A DNA stretch of 64,000 nt from Desulfuromonadales bacterium (GTDB lineage: Bacteria; Desulfobacterota; Desulfuromonadia; Desulfuromonadales; SZUA-540), in NCBI GenBank assembly GCA_033549025.1, contig JAWSUS010000011.1, forward strand, positions 27,831-91,830. The letters run 5' to 3'. Position numbers and translations under genes: made by a program. The notes under the pieces are model-generated. The model had not been told where the DNA came from. It saw nothing but the letters and a program-made list of their open reading frames with translations, and did no database searches. Positions 1-10,505 of this stretch are shown piece by piece (position 1 is the stretch's first letter; every line of letters begins with the position of its first letter).

Positions 1-458
1 CCCGCGGTGTTCGCGGCATGATGCTCGAAGAAGACGATCACATCATTGGCATGGAAGTGGTGACGGACACAACCGCCTCGACTCTGGTGACCGTGACGGA
101 AAATGGCTACGGCAAAAGGACCGATCTGGACGAATACCGTATTCAGAGCCGCGGCGGCAAAGGGATCATTACCATCAAAACGTCTCAGCGAAACGGTAAG
201 GTAGTCGATATTAAACTGGTGACGGATGATGTGGATCTCATGTTCATCACGGACCGGGGCAAAGTCCTGCGGACCAGCGTTGCCGCCCTGTCGGTGATCG
301 GACGCAACACGCAAGGGGTGCGTCTGATGGTGCTTGAACCGGAAGAGAGGATCGTCGCTGTCGCCAAACTTGCCGAGAAAGACGAGGAAAATGGAGATAC
401 AGAAGCTGAAGAAGCAGCTTTTGAAGGAGGAGATCAGGAGGCAGAGGAGGAACTCTAG
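1..458 (+). CDS. gyrA: DNA gyrase subunit A, C-terminal part (5' end outside window)
   Basis: Beta-pinwheel repeats (VTENGYGKRT, QSRGGKG, GRNTQGVRLM) and acidic tail; frame open from window start. Confidence 0.95.
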   Translation, partial: RGVRGMMLEEDDHIIGMEVVTDTTASTLVTVTENGYGKRTDLDEYRIQSRGGKGIITIKTSQRNGKVVDIKLVTDDVDLMFITDRGKVLRTSVAALSVIGRNTQGVRLMVLEPEERIVAVAKLAEKDEENGDTEAEEAAFEGGDQEAEEEL

Positions 459-1269
459 GTTCTCTCCTCGCCTGATCTCAGGTGTTTTTCTCCTCCTTGT
501 TCTTTTGTTTGCCGCAGGCTGGTACGCTGTCGGATGGGAAGGCAGGCAGGAGCGGCTTTTTGATAAAGCAGAGGAATATTTTCAGGGTGGGCAGTATGAA
601 AAAGCGGTGCATTCATTCCATCGCCTTTACGAAAAGCACCCGGAAAATGCAAAGGCGGCGGAATCGCTGTATCGGTCTGGGGATATCCTCAATCTTTATC
701 TGAATAAATACCATGAAGCCATCCTGGCCTTTCTGCTGGTCGCGCGGGACTACGATGACCAGACCTGGGCTGAAAAAGCGCAGTTTCAGGTGGCGGATAT
801 CTACAAAAACCGGCTCAGGGATTATCCCAAGGCCATTGTGGCCTACCAGAAACTACTCGATCGCGGCGTGGCCGATTCCGACCGTATTCAGTATGAAATA
901 GGCGACGCCTACTTTCGTCTCAACAATTATGAACAGGCCCGTATCGAGTTTGAAAGTCTTGTAAAAAGCTATCCGGAAAGTAATCTTGTTCCAGAAGTGA
1001 AGTACCGGATAGCCTTGGCCTACTCTCTGGAAGGGCAGCTTAAAAAGGCGGAAAAGACCTTCAGGGAGGTCAGCGAGGCCTACCCGGATGACCCTTTTGC
1101 GGTGGAAGCACGTTTCGGTTTGGCGACCGTTCTCGAAGAACAGGAACGACTGCGTGAGTCTCTGACCGAGCTTCAGAAACTGAAAGGCGTCTACCCGAAG
1201 GAAGACGCTCTCACGAAAAGAATCAGCCAGGTCGAGGAGCGCATCCGCAAGAAGAAAAAAGCCATTTGA
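391..1269 (+). CDS. Membrane-anchored tetratricopeptide-repeat protein (BamD/YbgF-like TPRs)
   Basis: N-terminal TM helix followed by repeated TPR helices (AxxxYxxL...YP); start uncertain, ATG 391 overlaps gyrA. Confidence 0.8.
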   Translation: MEIQKLKKQLLKEEIRRQRRNSRFSPRLISGVFLLLVLLFAAGWYAVGWEGRQERLFDKAEEYFQGGQYEKAVHSFHRLYEKHPENAKAAESLYRSGDILNLYLNKYHEAILAFLLVARDYDDQTWAEKAQFQVADIYKNRLRDYPKAIVAYQKLLDRGVADSDRIQYEIGDAYFRLNNYEQARIEFESLVKSYPESNLVPEVKYRIALAYSLEGQLKKAEKTFREVSEAYPDDPFAVEARFGLATVLEEQERLRESLTELQKLKGVYPKEDALTKRISQVEERIRKKKKAI

Positions 1270-1282
1270 ACGGGGAAAAACC

Positions 1283-2278
1283 ATGAAAATTGGAGTCATT
1301 GGAGCGGGAAGCTGGGGAACCACCCTGGCGAATCTCCTGGCAAAAAAAGGGTACGCCGTATCTCTCTGGGCTTACGAAAAAGACCTGGTGGAGCGGATGC
1401 AGGAAACGCGGATCAACGATCTGTACCTCCCCGACTTTACCTTGTCTTCGAATTTGAGTTTTTCCGCGGAACTGGCCAAAGTCTCTGCAAACAAAGACCT
1501 TCTTCTCTTGGTGCCGCCATCGCAGGTCATGAGACGTGTCATGCAGGAGGCCGCCAAGGCCATTGATCCCGAAACCCTGATTGTGTCGGCTTCCAAGGGG
1601 ATCGAAAACGACACCCTGCAAATCATGTCCGAGGTGCTGGCCGAGGTGCTTCCCGCACCCTCCAGAACCGCCTATCTTTCCGGCCCATCTTTCGCCAAGG
1701 AAGTCGCGGCGGAAATGCCGACCGCAGTCACCGTCGCCGCCGAAAATCCATCCATTGCCAAAAAAGTGCAGGAAATTTTCAGTACGGACTATTTCAGGGT
1801 CTATACCAACGCGGATATCGTCGGTGTGGAGCTGGGGGGGGCTCTGAAAAACGTCATGGCCCTGGCCGCCGGCGTTTCCGATGGATTGGGGTTCGGTTAC
1901 AATACCAGAGCCGCTTTGATCACGCGCGGGTTGGCTGAAATGAACCGCCTTGGTGCCGCCATGGGCGCCGATCCGGCTACCTTTGCCGGACTGGCGGGCA
2001 TGGGAGATCTCGTCCTGACCTGCACGGGGGATCTGTCGCGAAACCGCTCGGTGGGTTACGCCCTTGGCCAGGGTCGTACCCTTCAGGACATCCTGCAGGA
2101 GATGACCATGGTCGCCGAAGGGGTTAAAACGACCCTTTCAACCTATCAACTGGCTCAAAAGCTCCAGGTTGAAGCTCCCATCACCGAGCAGATGTACCTG
2201 ATCCTGTATGAAAATAAGAATCCCAGACAGGCGGTCATCGACCTGATGCAGAGAGAACTCAAATCCGAGGCCTACTGA
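1283..2278 (+). CDS. gpsA: NAD(P)H-dependent glycerol-3-phosphate dehydrogenase
   Basis: GAGSWGT Rossmann motif, [25 protein letters not shown]. Confidence 0.97.
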   Translation: MKIGVIGAGSWGTTLANLLAKKGYAVSLWAYEKDLVERMQETRINDLYLPDFTLSSNLSFSAELAKVSANKDLLLLVPPSQVMRRVMQEAAKAIDPETLIVSASKGIENDTLQIMSEVLAEVLPAPSRTAYLSGPSFAKEVAAEMPTAVTVAAENPSIAKKVQEIFSTDYFRVYTNADIVGVELGGALKNVMALAAGVSDGLGFGYNTRAALITRGLAEMNRLGAAMGADPATFAGLAGMGDLVLTCTGDLSRNRSVGYALGQGRTLQDILQEMTMVAEGVKTTLSTYQLAQKLQVEAPITEQMYLILYENKNPRQAVIDLMQRELKSEAY

Positions 2279-2294
2279 AAGGAAGGGAAGACCG

Positions 2295-2864
2295 ATGAAA
2301 AGTCTGCTTATAAGCCTGCTCACGCTGCTTCTCACCGCCACAACGGGCCTGGCGGCGCCGCTGGTACTGATTGAGACAAATCGTGGTTCGATCAAGGTGG
2401 AACTCGCACCCGACCAGGCTCCGGCCACCGTGAAGAATTTCCTCGATTATGTCGAAGGTGGTTTCTATAACGGAACCATTTTTCATCGCGTCATCCCCGG
2501 CTTTATGATACAGGGGGGCGGTTTTGATGAGGGTCTGGAGCAGAAGGTCACCAGGTCACCCATTAAAAACGAAGCAGACAATGGCCTGTCAAACCTTCGG
2601 GGAACGATTGCCATGGCCAGAACCCAGGTCGTCGACAGTGCCACCAGTCAGTTTTTCATCAATCTCAAGGACAACGCCTTTCTGGACCATCGCGGTAAAC
2701 TGCCGTCAACCTATGGGTACGCCGTATTTGGCACGGTGACGGAGGGGATGGAGGTGGTGGATGCCATCGCCGCCGAAAAAACCACGGCAACGGGGGCCAG
2801 ATTTCAGAATCTTCCGGTGAAAACGGTGAAAATTCTGTCGATCAGCAAAATATCCGCAGACTGA
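2295..2864 (+). CDS. ppiA: Periplasmic cyclophilin-type peptidyl-prolyl isomerase
   Basis: Signal peptide; [37 protein letters not shown]. Confidence 0.92.
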   Translation: MKSLLISLLTLLLTATTGLAAPLVLIETNRGSIKVELAPDQAPATVKNFLDYVEGGFYNGTIFHRVIPGFMIQGGGFDEGLEQKVTRSPIKNEADNGLSNLRGTIAMARTQVVDSATSQFFINLKDNAFLDHRGKLPSTYGYAVFGTVTEGMEVVDAIAAEKTTATGARFQNLPVKTVKILSISKISAD

Positions 2865-2923
2865 GAGCTTGATCCGGCCTTGCTCGTCCCGGAGCTGCTC
2901 AGGGAAAGAGGCGCAGGAAGTCC

Positions 2924-3658
2924 ATGACCACTGTACGGATCATGACGTACAACATCCGGAAAGCCACGGGAACCGATGGCCGCCAAGATCCGGGGAGAAT
3001 TGCCGAGGTCATCGCCGAGGCGGCACCGGATATTGTCGCGCTGCAGGATCTCGACCGGGACGAGAACAGGGATCAGCTGACATATCTTTCTTCCCGCCTG
3101 GGCATGGAAGCCTATGGCGACCTTCGCTGCAGCAGTTGCGCCTTTCTTTCCTACTACCCGCTAAAAGGGGTTTCGGCTTACGGACTGGGAGAGGGCGGTT
3201 GCTGTACCAAAGCCGATGCCACACTTTCCGGCAAGAGGCTCCATCTTTTTAATGTCCAACTGTCTGCCGACTCGGTCCGCCGCCGATTTCAGGTAGCGGG
3301 GCTGTTGGGGCCGGATCTTCTTGGCAGCTGCCATCTCTGCTGCCCCACGCTTATTCTCGGCGATTTCGCCGACTTCTGGCTGGGTGCCGGCAATATGGCC
3401 CTGAATCTCGAGCTGCAAAGGGCCCGGCGGCCATGGTGGAACTCAACCTATCCTTCACGGCTGCCGCTTTTTGGTCGGGACCGTGCTTACCTGCGCGGCG
3501 ACCTGCGCGTACTCGAGTCGGTCGTTTCACGCACCACTCTGGCCAGACAGGCCTCCTCCCATCTTCCCATGACCTACACGCTGCAGGTCGTGGATCCTCG
3601 GCAGTATCTTCATCTCAAAAAATTGAAGAGAAACGGCATGGAAGTCGCCCCGGGGTAG
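2924..3658 (+). CDS. Endonuclease/exonuclease/phosphatase (EEP) family protein with degenerate motifs
   Basis: RIMTYNI, PDIVALQD, LGDF, SSHLP resemble EEP motifs. Confidence 0.8.
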   Translation: MTTVRIMTYNIRKATGTDGRQDPGRIAEVIAEAAPDIVALQDLDRDENRDQLTYLSSRLGMEAYGDLRCSSCAFLSYYPLKGVSAYGLGEGGCCTKADATLSGKRLHLFNVQLSADSVRRRFQVAGLLGPDLLGSCHLCCPTLILGDFADFWLGAGNMALNLELQRARRPWWNSTYPSRLPLFGRDRAYLRGDLRVLESVVSRTTLARQASSHLPMTYTLQVVDPRQYLHLKKLKRNGMEVAPG

Positions 3659-3743
3659 AAACAGACGGCGCTCCGGCCTCCGAAAAGGGCAGGGCTGGCG
3701 AAAGCACCCAGAAAAGCGCATACACCGCGAGGTCTTTGGTACG

Positions 3744-4394
3744 ATGACGAAGAAAAAGAAAAATGCCGAGGTACTGGCAACCCTGGCGATTCTTGAAGAT
3801 TTATATCCCGAGGCCCATTGCGCCCTCACGTATCGGAACCCCTGGGAACTTCTGGTGGCGACCATCCTGTCGGCCCAGTGCACGGATGTCCGGGTTAATG
3901 AGGTTACCCGGACTCTTTTCCAGAAATTTCCAGGGATGAAAGACTTTGCGGCCGCTGATCTGCGTGACCTGGAAGAGGCGGTGCGGTCTACCGGATTTTT
4001 CCGGAACAAAGCCAAAGGAATTCAGGGTTCCGCCCAAGTGTTGCTGGAAAAGCATGGGGGCGTTGTGCCTCGGACCTTGGATGAGCTGGTGGCCTTGCCC
4101 GGCGTAGGAAGAAAAACGGCCAACGTGGTGCTGGGAAATGCCTTCAACATCCCAGGCATGGTGGTCGATACCCATGTGGGTCGGGTCTCACGGCGTCTTG
4201 GCTGGACGACCGCCACAACACCGGAGGCGGTTGAGCGTGAGCTGTGTGCGCTATTGCCCCCGGAAAAATGGACGATGACCAGTCATATCCTTATTTTTCA
4301 CGGCAGAAGATTCTGTAAGGCACCCACGGCGCTATGTTCGACCTGTCCCCTGTTGGATCGGTGTCCGCGCCATGGGGTGACGCGATCCCGTTGA
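3744..4394 (+). CDS. nth: Endonuclease III
   Basis: LSAQCTD, HhH motif LPGVGRKTANV, VDTHV, C-x6-C-x2-C-x5-C FeS motif. Confidence 0.96.
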   Translation: MTKKKKNAEVLATLAILEDLYPEAHCALTYRNPWELLVATILSAQCTDVRVNEVTRTLFQKFPGMKDFAAADLRDLEEAVRSTGFFRNKAKGIQGSAQVLLEKHGGVVPRTLDELVALPGVGRKTANVVLGNAFNIPGMVVDTHVGRVSRRLGWTTATTPEAVERELCALLPPEKWTMTSHILIFHGRRFCKAPTALCSTCPLLDRCPRHGVTRSR

Positions 4395-4415
4395 CGTCAT
4401 TTCAGCCGCTGTACG

Positions 4416-4445
4416 AAAAAAGGGCTGCCCGCAAGGCAGCCCTTT
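4416..4445. terminator. Probable bidirectional intrinsic terminator between nth and PBP1A
   Basis: AAAGGGCTGCC-CGCAA-GGCAGCCCTTT hairpin with A/T tracts between convergent genes. Confidence 0.8.
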
Positions 4446-4470
4446 CGCGTTCCATGCGCACCTGGTTTTT

Positions 4471-6876
4471 TCAGCGAAGATCCTCGAGATCCAGCTTGAA
4501 GAAATCCTGGGCGGAGGGTTTCTTTTCGTCGAGTGCATAGCGTGTCGGGGCCGTGCCGGGCGCAAAGGCCTCGATGGTGACATTGGCGCTGTCTTCGACG
4601 GCCAGCAAACCGGTTTTAGGGTCGATAGCCCGGAATTCAATCGCGTCGGGAACGGGGAAGTCTTGGGGAGGAAATTCCGTCACCGCCTGCTTCATGAATT
4701 CAACCCAGGCCGGGGCCGCAGCGCGGGAGCCGGTCTCATTCTTGCCCAGCGGCTGTTCCTGGTCGTAGCCGACCCAAGAGACGGCCACGAGTTGGGGGAC
4801 ATAACCGACAAACCAGGCATCCTTGAGGTTGTTGGTCGTGCCGGTTTTGCCGGCGACCGGACGGCCGAGAGCTTTGGCCCGGAAACCGGTACCGTTTTGG
4901 ACGACACTTTCCATCATGTTGGTTACCAGGTAAGCCGTTTCGGGAGAAATAACCCGTTCGGGAGACTGCTGAATAAGGCGCTGATCCTCATTGGGCCCAC
5001 CAGGAAAATCAGCGGGATCGATAGATTCCAGCACATAGCCCTCACGGTCGATCACCTTGGTAATGTAGGTGGGGCGGACTCGGACGCCGCCATTGGCCAA
5101 AACGGTGTAGGCGCTGGCCAGTTCGAAGGGGGTCAGGGCGGAAGACCCCAGGGCCAGCGTCAGGTCGCGGGTGATGGGTGAGGTGATGCCGAGCTTGCTC
5201 ACGTAGTTGCTGGCGTAGCGAATGCCGATGTCCTCGAGGATTTTGATGGTGATGACGTTATAGGAATGGGTCAAGGCATCCCTGACGCGGACGGCGCCGT
5301 AAAATTTTTCACTGTAATTTTTGGGCCGCCAGGACGTCTCTTCACCGGATTCAGCGGTTTCCTTGTAGATGATGGGAGTGTCGTAGACGATGGTGGCCGG
5401 AGTGTAGCCTTTGTCCAGAGCGGCGGCATAAATAAGGGGCTTGATGGCCGATCCGGGCAACCGTTTGGCCTGCAGGACGCGATTGAACTGGCTCTGGTAA
5501 AAATCGAAACCGCCGACCATGGCCTTGACATTGCCGTTATGGGGATCCATGGCCACGATAGCGCCTTGGGTTTCCGGGGTCTGCTGCAGGGAAAAGCGCA
5601 GAGAGCCGTTCTCACGCGATTCGAGCCGAAGTTCGAGCAAAGAGCCCTTGGGAAGTTTGGTGCGGGATGCGTCTTGATTTCCTGTCGCGGGCGTGTCCCG
5701 GTTGACGACCTGGATTGGACCGGCCCAGTCGGCGGATTTAAGCTCAACAAAGCCTTCTTCGCTGCCGACCCGCACCAGCAGAGCCTCTCGGGTTGAACCG
5801 GTCAGAACGCCCTCGATGTAGTCGCCGATTTCAAGTGGACGTTCGGCCAATCGGTCAGCCTGCTCGCTGAGAAAACTTTCCTCCTCGCTCTCCGCCAGAA
5901 CACGCTTTGGTCCGCGATAGCCTCTTCTCTTGTCATGAGCGCGCAGGTTTTCCCGCACCGCGGTCTGGGCGGCTTGCTGCATGCGAAGATTCATGGTGGT
6001 GTGAACCTTCAAGCCGGCGGTATAGAGAACATCCTTGCCGTAGGTCTCTTCCAGGTAGCGGCGAACCTGTTCGGTAAAGTAGGCGGCATCGGCAATAAAA
6101 GAGTTGACCCGGGGCTTGATGGTGATGGCTTCACCTTGGGCTGCCTCCGCCTCTTCGGGGGTAATATACCCCTCCTCGATCATGCGTTTGAGGACATATT
6201 TCTGCCGCTCTTTGGCCCGATCGAAGTTCCGATAGGGGGAATAGCGACTGGGCGCCTGGGGCAGACCCGCCAGCAGGCTGCACTCAGCCAGGGTCAGGTC
6301 CTCGACATTTTTGTCGAAATAATTTTCCGCCGCCGCCTGTACACCGTAGGCGCCGTGTCCCAAGTAAATCTGGTTGAGATAGAGATAGAGGATTTCCTCT
6401 TTGGAGAGTTTCTTTTCCATGCGCCAGGCAAGAATCGCCTCTTTGAACTTGCGCTCGAACTTCTTTTCCGGGGTGAGCAGCAGGCTCTTGGCCACCTGTT
6501 GGGTAATGGTACTGCCCCCTTGAACGATGCCGCCCGCTTTAAGGTTTTTGAGAGCGGCCCGCATGATGGACATAAGGTCAATGCCCTTGTGCTCGAAAAA
6601 ATGGCTGTCCTCAGCCGAGACAAAGGCTTCGATCAGGCGTTGCGGCAGGCGCTCGACAGGGACGATAATGCGTCTCTCCCTGAAAAACTCCGCGATGGTT
6701 TCACCGCCATCACTATAGACAGAACTGACGATAGGGGGTTGGTAGTCAGAAAGGGTGTCCACTTTGGGCAGAGTGCCCGATACGTAGAGATAGGCGCCGG
6801 CCACAGCCAGGATGCCGCCGAGAAAGAGGCCGCCGGTCCCGTAGAGAAGCCAAAGGAAAAAACGTCGAGTTGTCAT
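4471..6876 (-). CDS. mrcA: Penicillin-binding protein 1A (transglycosylase/transpeptidase)
   Basis: TM anchor, EDSHFFEHKG, GGSTITQQ, SAIK (SxxK), SYN, KTGT. Confidence 0.95.
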   Translation of the reverse strand: MTTRRFFLWLLYGTGGLFLGGILAVAGAYLYVSGTLPKVDTLSDYQPPIVSSVYSDGGETIAEFFRERRIIVPVERLPQRLIEAFVSAEDSHFFEHKGIDLMSIMRAALKNLKAGGIVQGGSTITQQVAKSLLLTPEKKFERKFKEAILAWRMEKKLSKEEILYLYLNQIYLGHGAYGVQAAAENYFDKNVEDLTLAECSLLAGLPQAPSRYSPYRNFDRAKERQKYVLKRMIEEGYITPEEAEAAQGEAITIKPRVNSFIADAAYFTEQVRRYLEETYGKDVLYTAGLKVHTTMNLRMQQAAQTAVRENLRAHDKRRGYRGPKRVLAESEEESFLSEQADRLAERPLEIGDYIEGVLTGSTREALLVRVGSEEGFVELKSADWAGPIQVVNRDTPATGNQDASRTKLPKGSLLELRLESRENGSLRFSLQQTPETQGAIVAMDPHNGNVKAMVGGFDFYQSQFNRVLQAKRLPGSAIKPLIYAAALDKGYTPATIVYDTPIIYKETAESGEETSWRPKNYSEKFYGAVRVRDALTHSYNVITIKILEDIGIRYASNYVSKLGITSPITRDLTLALGSSALTPFELASAYTVLANGGVRVRPTYITKVIDREGYVLESIDPADFPGGPNEDQRLIQQSPERVISPETAYLVTNMMESVVQNGTGFRAKALGRPVAGKTGTTNNLKDAWFVGYVPQLVAVSWVGYDQEQPLGKNETGSRAAAPAWVEFMKQAVTEFPPQDFPVPDAIEFRAIDPKTGLLAVEDSANVTIEAFAPGTAPTRYALDEKKPSAQDFFKLDLEDLR

Positions 6877-7013
6877 GATGTTAATGGTGCCTCCTTGGTT
6901 GACCAAAGAGAAATTTATAGCACAGGACCCGGATAGCCGGCAAACCTTTTGCCGTTTGCCTGAAAGATCGGGTGTGTTATAGTTTCGAGGTTCTCAAGAA
7001 CTTCGGAGGCCCC

Positions 7014-7343
7014 ATGAAAGTAAAGAGACATCTTCTGCTTCTGCTCCTGGTGGCGATCATTGCCAGCGGCTGCAACATGTTCCGCTCCTGGAAATCCATT
7101 CCGCCGCCGGGTGGCTGTTCCGAGTGCCACACGACCGAAATCTCGGCGGACTGGCAGGTCGCCTATCAGCCGGTCATGCTCAGTGACGAAACGGACCGCT
7201 TTTCGTGGCAGACGCCGGAATCGATGGAGCGTCCGGAAGAATCCCCCCTCGATCAGAAAAAGATCACCGAACAGCGCTGCTTCCGGTGTCACAAGGGACC
7301 CAACAAGGCCCATACGGAATATAAAGGGCGCTATCACCACTAG
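7014..7343 (+). CDS. Small diheme c-type cytochrome lipoprotein
   Basis: GGAGG RBS, lipobox IASGC, two CxxCH motifs (CSECH, CFRCH). Confidence 0.85.
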   Translation: MKVKRHLLLLLLVAIIASGCNMFRSWKSIPPPGGCSECHTTEISADWQVAYQPVMLSDETDRFSWQTPESMERPEESPLDQKKITEQRCFRCHKGPNKAHTEYKGRYHH

Positions 7344-7365
7344 GGACAAGGGTTCTGGTTTTTCG

Positions 7366-7397
7366 AGGACTCCCGCCTCGCCGGCAGGAGTCCTTTT
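7366..7397 (+). terminator. Intrinsic terminator
   Basis: AGGACTCC...GGAGTCCT stem followed by T run. Confidence 0.6.
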
Positions 7398-7436
7398 CTC
7401 GTAGGTGATAGCTAACACGCTGGTGGAGAGAATTTG

Positions 7437-8885
7437 ATGTTTCGCCGAACCAAGATCGTCGCAACGGTAGGGCCTTCCTGCGAGACGGATGAAGGTCTTT
7501 TGGCGCTGATGGAAGCGGGGGCTGATGTGTTCCGCCTGAATTTTTCTCACGGCGGACATGCCGAAAAGGCCGTCATTATCAAGAGAATCCGCAAGCTGTC
7601 CAAACGCCGGCAGCGGGCGGTGGCTATCCTGGGAGACCTGCAGGGTCCTAAAATTCGCACCGGCCTGCTTCAGGGCGGCGCCATGGAGCTGGTCTCCGGC
7701 AGCGAAGTGGTGCTCACCACGCGATGCGTGGAGGGGGGAGGCGGCTTCATTCCGACGGAATACCAGGGTCTGCCCGGGGATGTGGCCGTCGGTGACCGCA
7801 TCCTGCTTGACGATGGCCTGCTTGAGCTGGCCGTGCTGCAGAAAGACGAAACCGATGTGCGCTGTCGGGTGGTCGTGGGCGGCACCCTCAAGAATCGCAA
7901 AGGCATCAATCTGCCGGGTGTGGCGGTTTCGACGCCGGCTTTGACGGAAAAAGACCGGGAAGATCTGGCCTTCTGCATTCGCGAAGGGGTCGACTATCTG
8001 GCCCTCTCCTTTGTGCGCAAGGCCAGTGATGTGCTGGACCTCAAAGATTTGCTGTACCGGGACAAGGTGACGCTCCCCATTATCGCTAAAATCGAGAAAC
8101 CCGAGGCGGTCGCCGATTTTAATGCGATTCTGGAGGCGGCCGACGGCATCATGGTGGCCCGGGGGGATCTCGGCGTGGAGATGAGTCCCGAAAAAGTGCC
8201 CCTCATCCAGAAGCAGATCATCCGCAAGTGCAACCAGGCCGGCAAGCCGGTCATCACGGCCACCCAGATGCTGGAGAGCATGGTCAGCAACCCCCGCCCG
8301 ACCCGGGCGGAGACTTCCGATGTGGCCAATGCCATTCTCGACGGCACCGACGCCATCATGCTGTCGGCAGAGACCGCCTCCGGTCGCTATCCCGTCGAGG
8401 CCGTCGCCCTCATGGTCCGGGTCGCCAAGGATGTGGAGGGCGATCCGGAACTGAAGGATCAGGTCTTTCACCCGCTCGACGAAATTCTTGGGTACCGCCG
8501 CCTGCCGGAAGCCATTGGCCAGGCTGCCGTTCGTGTCGCCGAGACCATCGGCGCCGGCGCCATTCTCGCGTTTACGCAGACGGGAAGTACCGCCGCCCTG
8601 GTCGCCAAGTACCGGCCCAATCTGCCCATTTACGCCGTAACGCCTTCGCCCCAGGTACGTCGTCGCCTGGCTCTCTATGCCGGCGTGCGTTCCATTCGGG
8701 TCGACATCGAGGGGGATACGGAGGCTCAGATCCGTTCGGTGGAGCAGGCCGTGCTGACCTCGGGCGTCATGCAGGTGGGCGATGTCGTGGTCATCACCAT
8801 GGGCAGCCCGGTGTCGGCCCCGGGAACAACCAATCTCCTCAAGGTGCACCGGCTGGGTACGGGGCCCTTTTACGAGGTTCATTAA
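7437..8885 (+). CDS. pyk: Pyruvate kinase
   Basis: RRTKIVATVGP, RLNFSHG, DLQGPKIR, MVARGDLGVE, TATQMLESM. Confidence 0.97.
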   Translation: MFRRTKIVATVGPSCETDEGLLALMEAGADVFRLNFSHGGHAEKAVIIKRIRKLSKRRQRAVAILGDLQGPKIRTGLLQGGAMELVSGSEVVLTTRCVEGGGGFIPTEYQGLPGDVAVGDRILLDDGLLELAVLQKDETDVRCRVVVGGTLKNRKGINLPGVAVSTPALTEKDREDLAFCIREGVDYLALSFVRKASDVLDLKDLLYRDKVTLPIIAKIEKPEAVADFNAILEAADGIMVARGDLGVEMSPEKVPLIQKQIIRKCNQAGKPVITATQMLESMVSNPRPTRAETSDVANAILDGTDAIMLSAETASGRYPVEAVALMVRVAKDVEGDPELKDQVFHPLDEILGYRRLPEAIGQAAVRVAETIGAGAILAFTQTGSTAALVAKYRPNLPIYAVTPSPQVRRRLALYAGVRSIRVDIEGDTEAQIRSVEQAVLTSGVMQVGDVVVITMGSPVSAPGTTNLLKVHRLGTGPFYEVH

Positions 8886-8933
8886 GCAGGGCGCGCCCTG
8901 CCTTTTACTTCAGGCACAGACGGGAATGTTTTC

Positions 8934-9623
8934 ATGAAAAAGAAAGCCGTGGTTCTTTACAGCGGGGGACTGGATTCCACCACCTGCCTGGCGATTGCCC
9001 GGGCGGAAGGGTTCGTTCCCTACGCCATCAGCTTTGCCTATGGCCAGCGACATAGCATCGAGTTGAGCAAAGCTATGAAATACGCCAAAGAGGCCGGGGC
9101 CGAAGACCATCATCTGGTCGAATTCGATCTGCGCCGCATCGGCGGCAGCGCCCTTACGGCCGATATGGAGGTGCCCAAGGAAGGGGTGGAGGAGGGGAGC
9201 ATTCCCGTCACCTACGTGCCGGCGCGCAACACCATCTTTCTCTCCTTTGCCCTGGGGTGGGCCGAAGTCCTCGGTGCCTTCGATATCTACATCGGGGTCA
9301 ACGCCCTCGACTATTCCGGTTATCCCGACTGCCGCCCGGAATATATCGCCGCTTTTGAGACCCTGGCCAATCTCGCTACCCGGGAAGGCGTGGAGGGGCG
9401 GGGACGTTACCGGATTCACGCCCCGCTGATGACCCTGACCAAGGGGGAAATCATTCGGCGCGGCCTGGAACTGGGCGTTGACTACGGGCTGACCCACTCC
9501 TGCTATGACCCCACGCCGGAGGGCCTCTCCTGCGGCGCCTGCGACTCTTGCCGGCTGCGCCTGAAGGGATTTGCCGAAGCCGGGATAAAAGACCCCATCG
9601 ACTACGTCCGCCAGCAAGGCTGA
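8934..9623 (+). CDS. queC: 7-cyano-7-deazaguanine synthase
   Basis: SGGLDS, TYVPARN, YPDCR, SCY...CGACDSC. Confidence 0.97.
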   Translation: MKKKAVVLYSGGLDSTTCLAIARAEGFVPYAISFAYGQRHSIELSKAMKYAKEAGAEDHHLVEFDLRRIGGSALTADMEVPKEGVEEGSIPVTYVPARNTIFLSFALGWAEVLGAFDIYIGVNALDYSGYPDCRPEYIAAFETLANLATREGVEGRGRYRIHAPLMTLTKGEIIRRGLELGVDYGLTHSCYDPTPEGLSCGACDSCRLRLKGFAEAGIKDPIDYVRQQG

Positions 9624-9682
9624 TGACCCAGTCTGGCGCCTGATAAATGACGCAACATCGATAAGGACAGAGTGAAGAAACG

Positions 9683-10495
9683 ATGAAGGACAGCAGCAAA
9701 AAACCAAACGGTGCAGCGCCAGAGTCCATGCCGGACATGCAGAAGGAGAGAGATACGCGCAACATTGCCATCGACAAGGTGGGGGTGAAGGATATCCGCT
9801 ATCCCATCGTGGTGCTGGATAAAAGCCGCGAAAGCCAGCATACCGTGGCGCGCATCAACATGTATGTCGACCTGCCGCACCACTTCAAGGGAACCCACAT
9901 GAGCCGTTTCGTGGAGATTCTCAACCAGTATCGCGGCGAGATCAGCATCGAGAGCCTCGACACCATCCTGCAGGACATGAAGGATCGCCTCGACGCCTCC
10001 TGCGCCCACATGGAACTGGAATTTCCCTATTTCATCGAAAAGGAGGCCCCGGCCTCCGGCGCCAAGGGGTTGATGGAATATCAGTGCCAGATGATCGGCA
10101 CCCTCGGCCAGGAGGCCGACTTCATCCTCGGAGCCACCGTGCCGGTGACCTCCCTCTGTCCCTGCTCCCGTGAGATCAGCGCCCGTGGCGCCCACAACCA
10201 GCGCAGCGCCATCCATGTGCAGATCCGCTACCGGGGCCATGTCTGGCTCGAAGACCTCATCGCCTGGGTGGAGGCCTGCGGCAGCGCGCCCGTCTACGCC
10301 CTGCTCAAGCGCGAAGACGAAAAGGCCGTCACCGAGCAGGCCTATGACAACCCCATGTTTGTCGAAGACATCGTGCGGGCCGTCACTCAGAAGCTCAAGG
10401 CGGTCGACGAGATTCTCTGGTTCCGGGTCGAATGCGAAAACTTTGAGTCGATCCACAACCATTCCGCCTATGCCCTCGTCGAGTGGACCCGCTGA
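9683..10495 (+). CDS. folE2: GTP cyclohydrolase IB (FolE2); alternative start at 9728
   Basis: KGTHMSRF, TSLCPCS, AHNQR, NPMFVED, ESIHNH. Confidence 0.95.
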   Translation: MKDSSKKPNGAAPESMPDMQKERDTRNIAIDKVGVKDIRYPIVVLDKSRESQHTVARINMYVDLPHHFKGTHMSRFVEILNQYRGEISIESLDTILQDMKDRLDASCAHMELEFPYFIEKEAPASGAKGLMEYQCQMIGTLGQEADFILGATVPVTSLCPCSREISARGAHNQRSAIHVQIRYRGHVWLEDLIAWVEACGSAPVYALLKREDEKAVTEQAYDNPMFVEDIVRAVTQKLKAVDEILWFRVECENFESIHNHSAYALVEWTR

Positions 10496-10505
10496 ATTCC
10501 AGCCC

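Noticed and set aside
6915..8882. 655-aa minus-strand ORF, and similar long antisense ORFs over tolB, narG, narH, cusA and the CheBR fusion
   Set aside because: Shadow frames of GC-rich genes on the opposite strand with no recognisable motifs.
8934..10495. queC-folE2 as a 7-deazaguanine DNA-modification or defence cluster
   Set aside because: Housekeeping context with no dpdA/tgt paralog or nuclease; ordinary queuosine/folate pathway genes.
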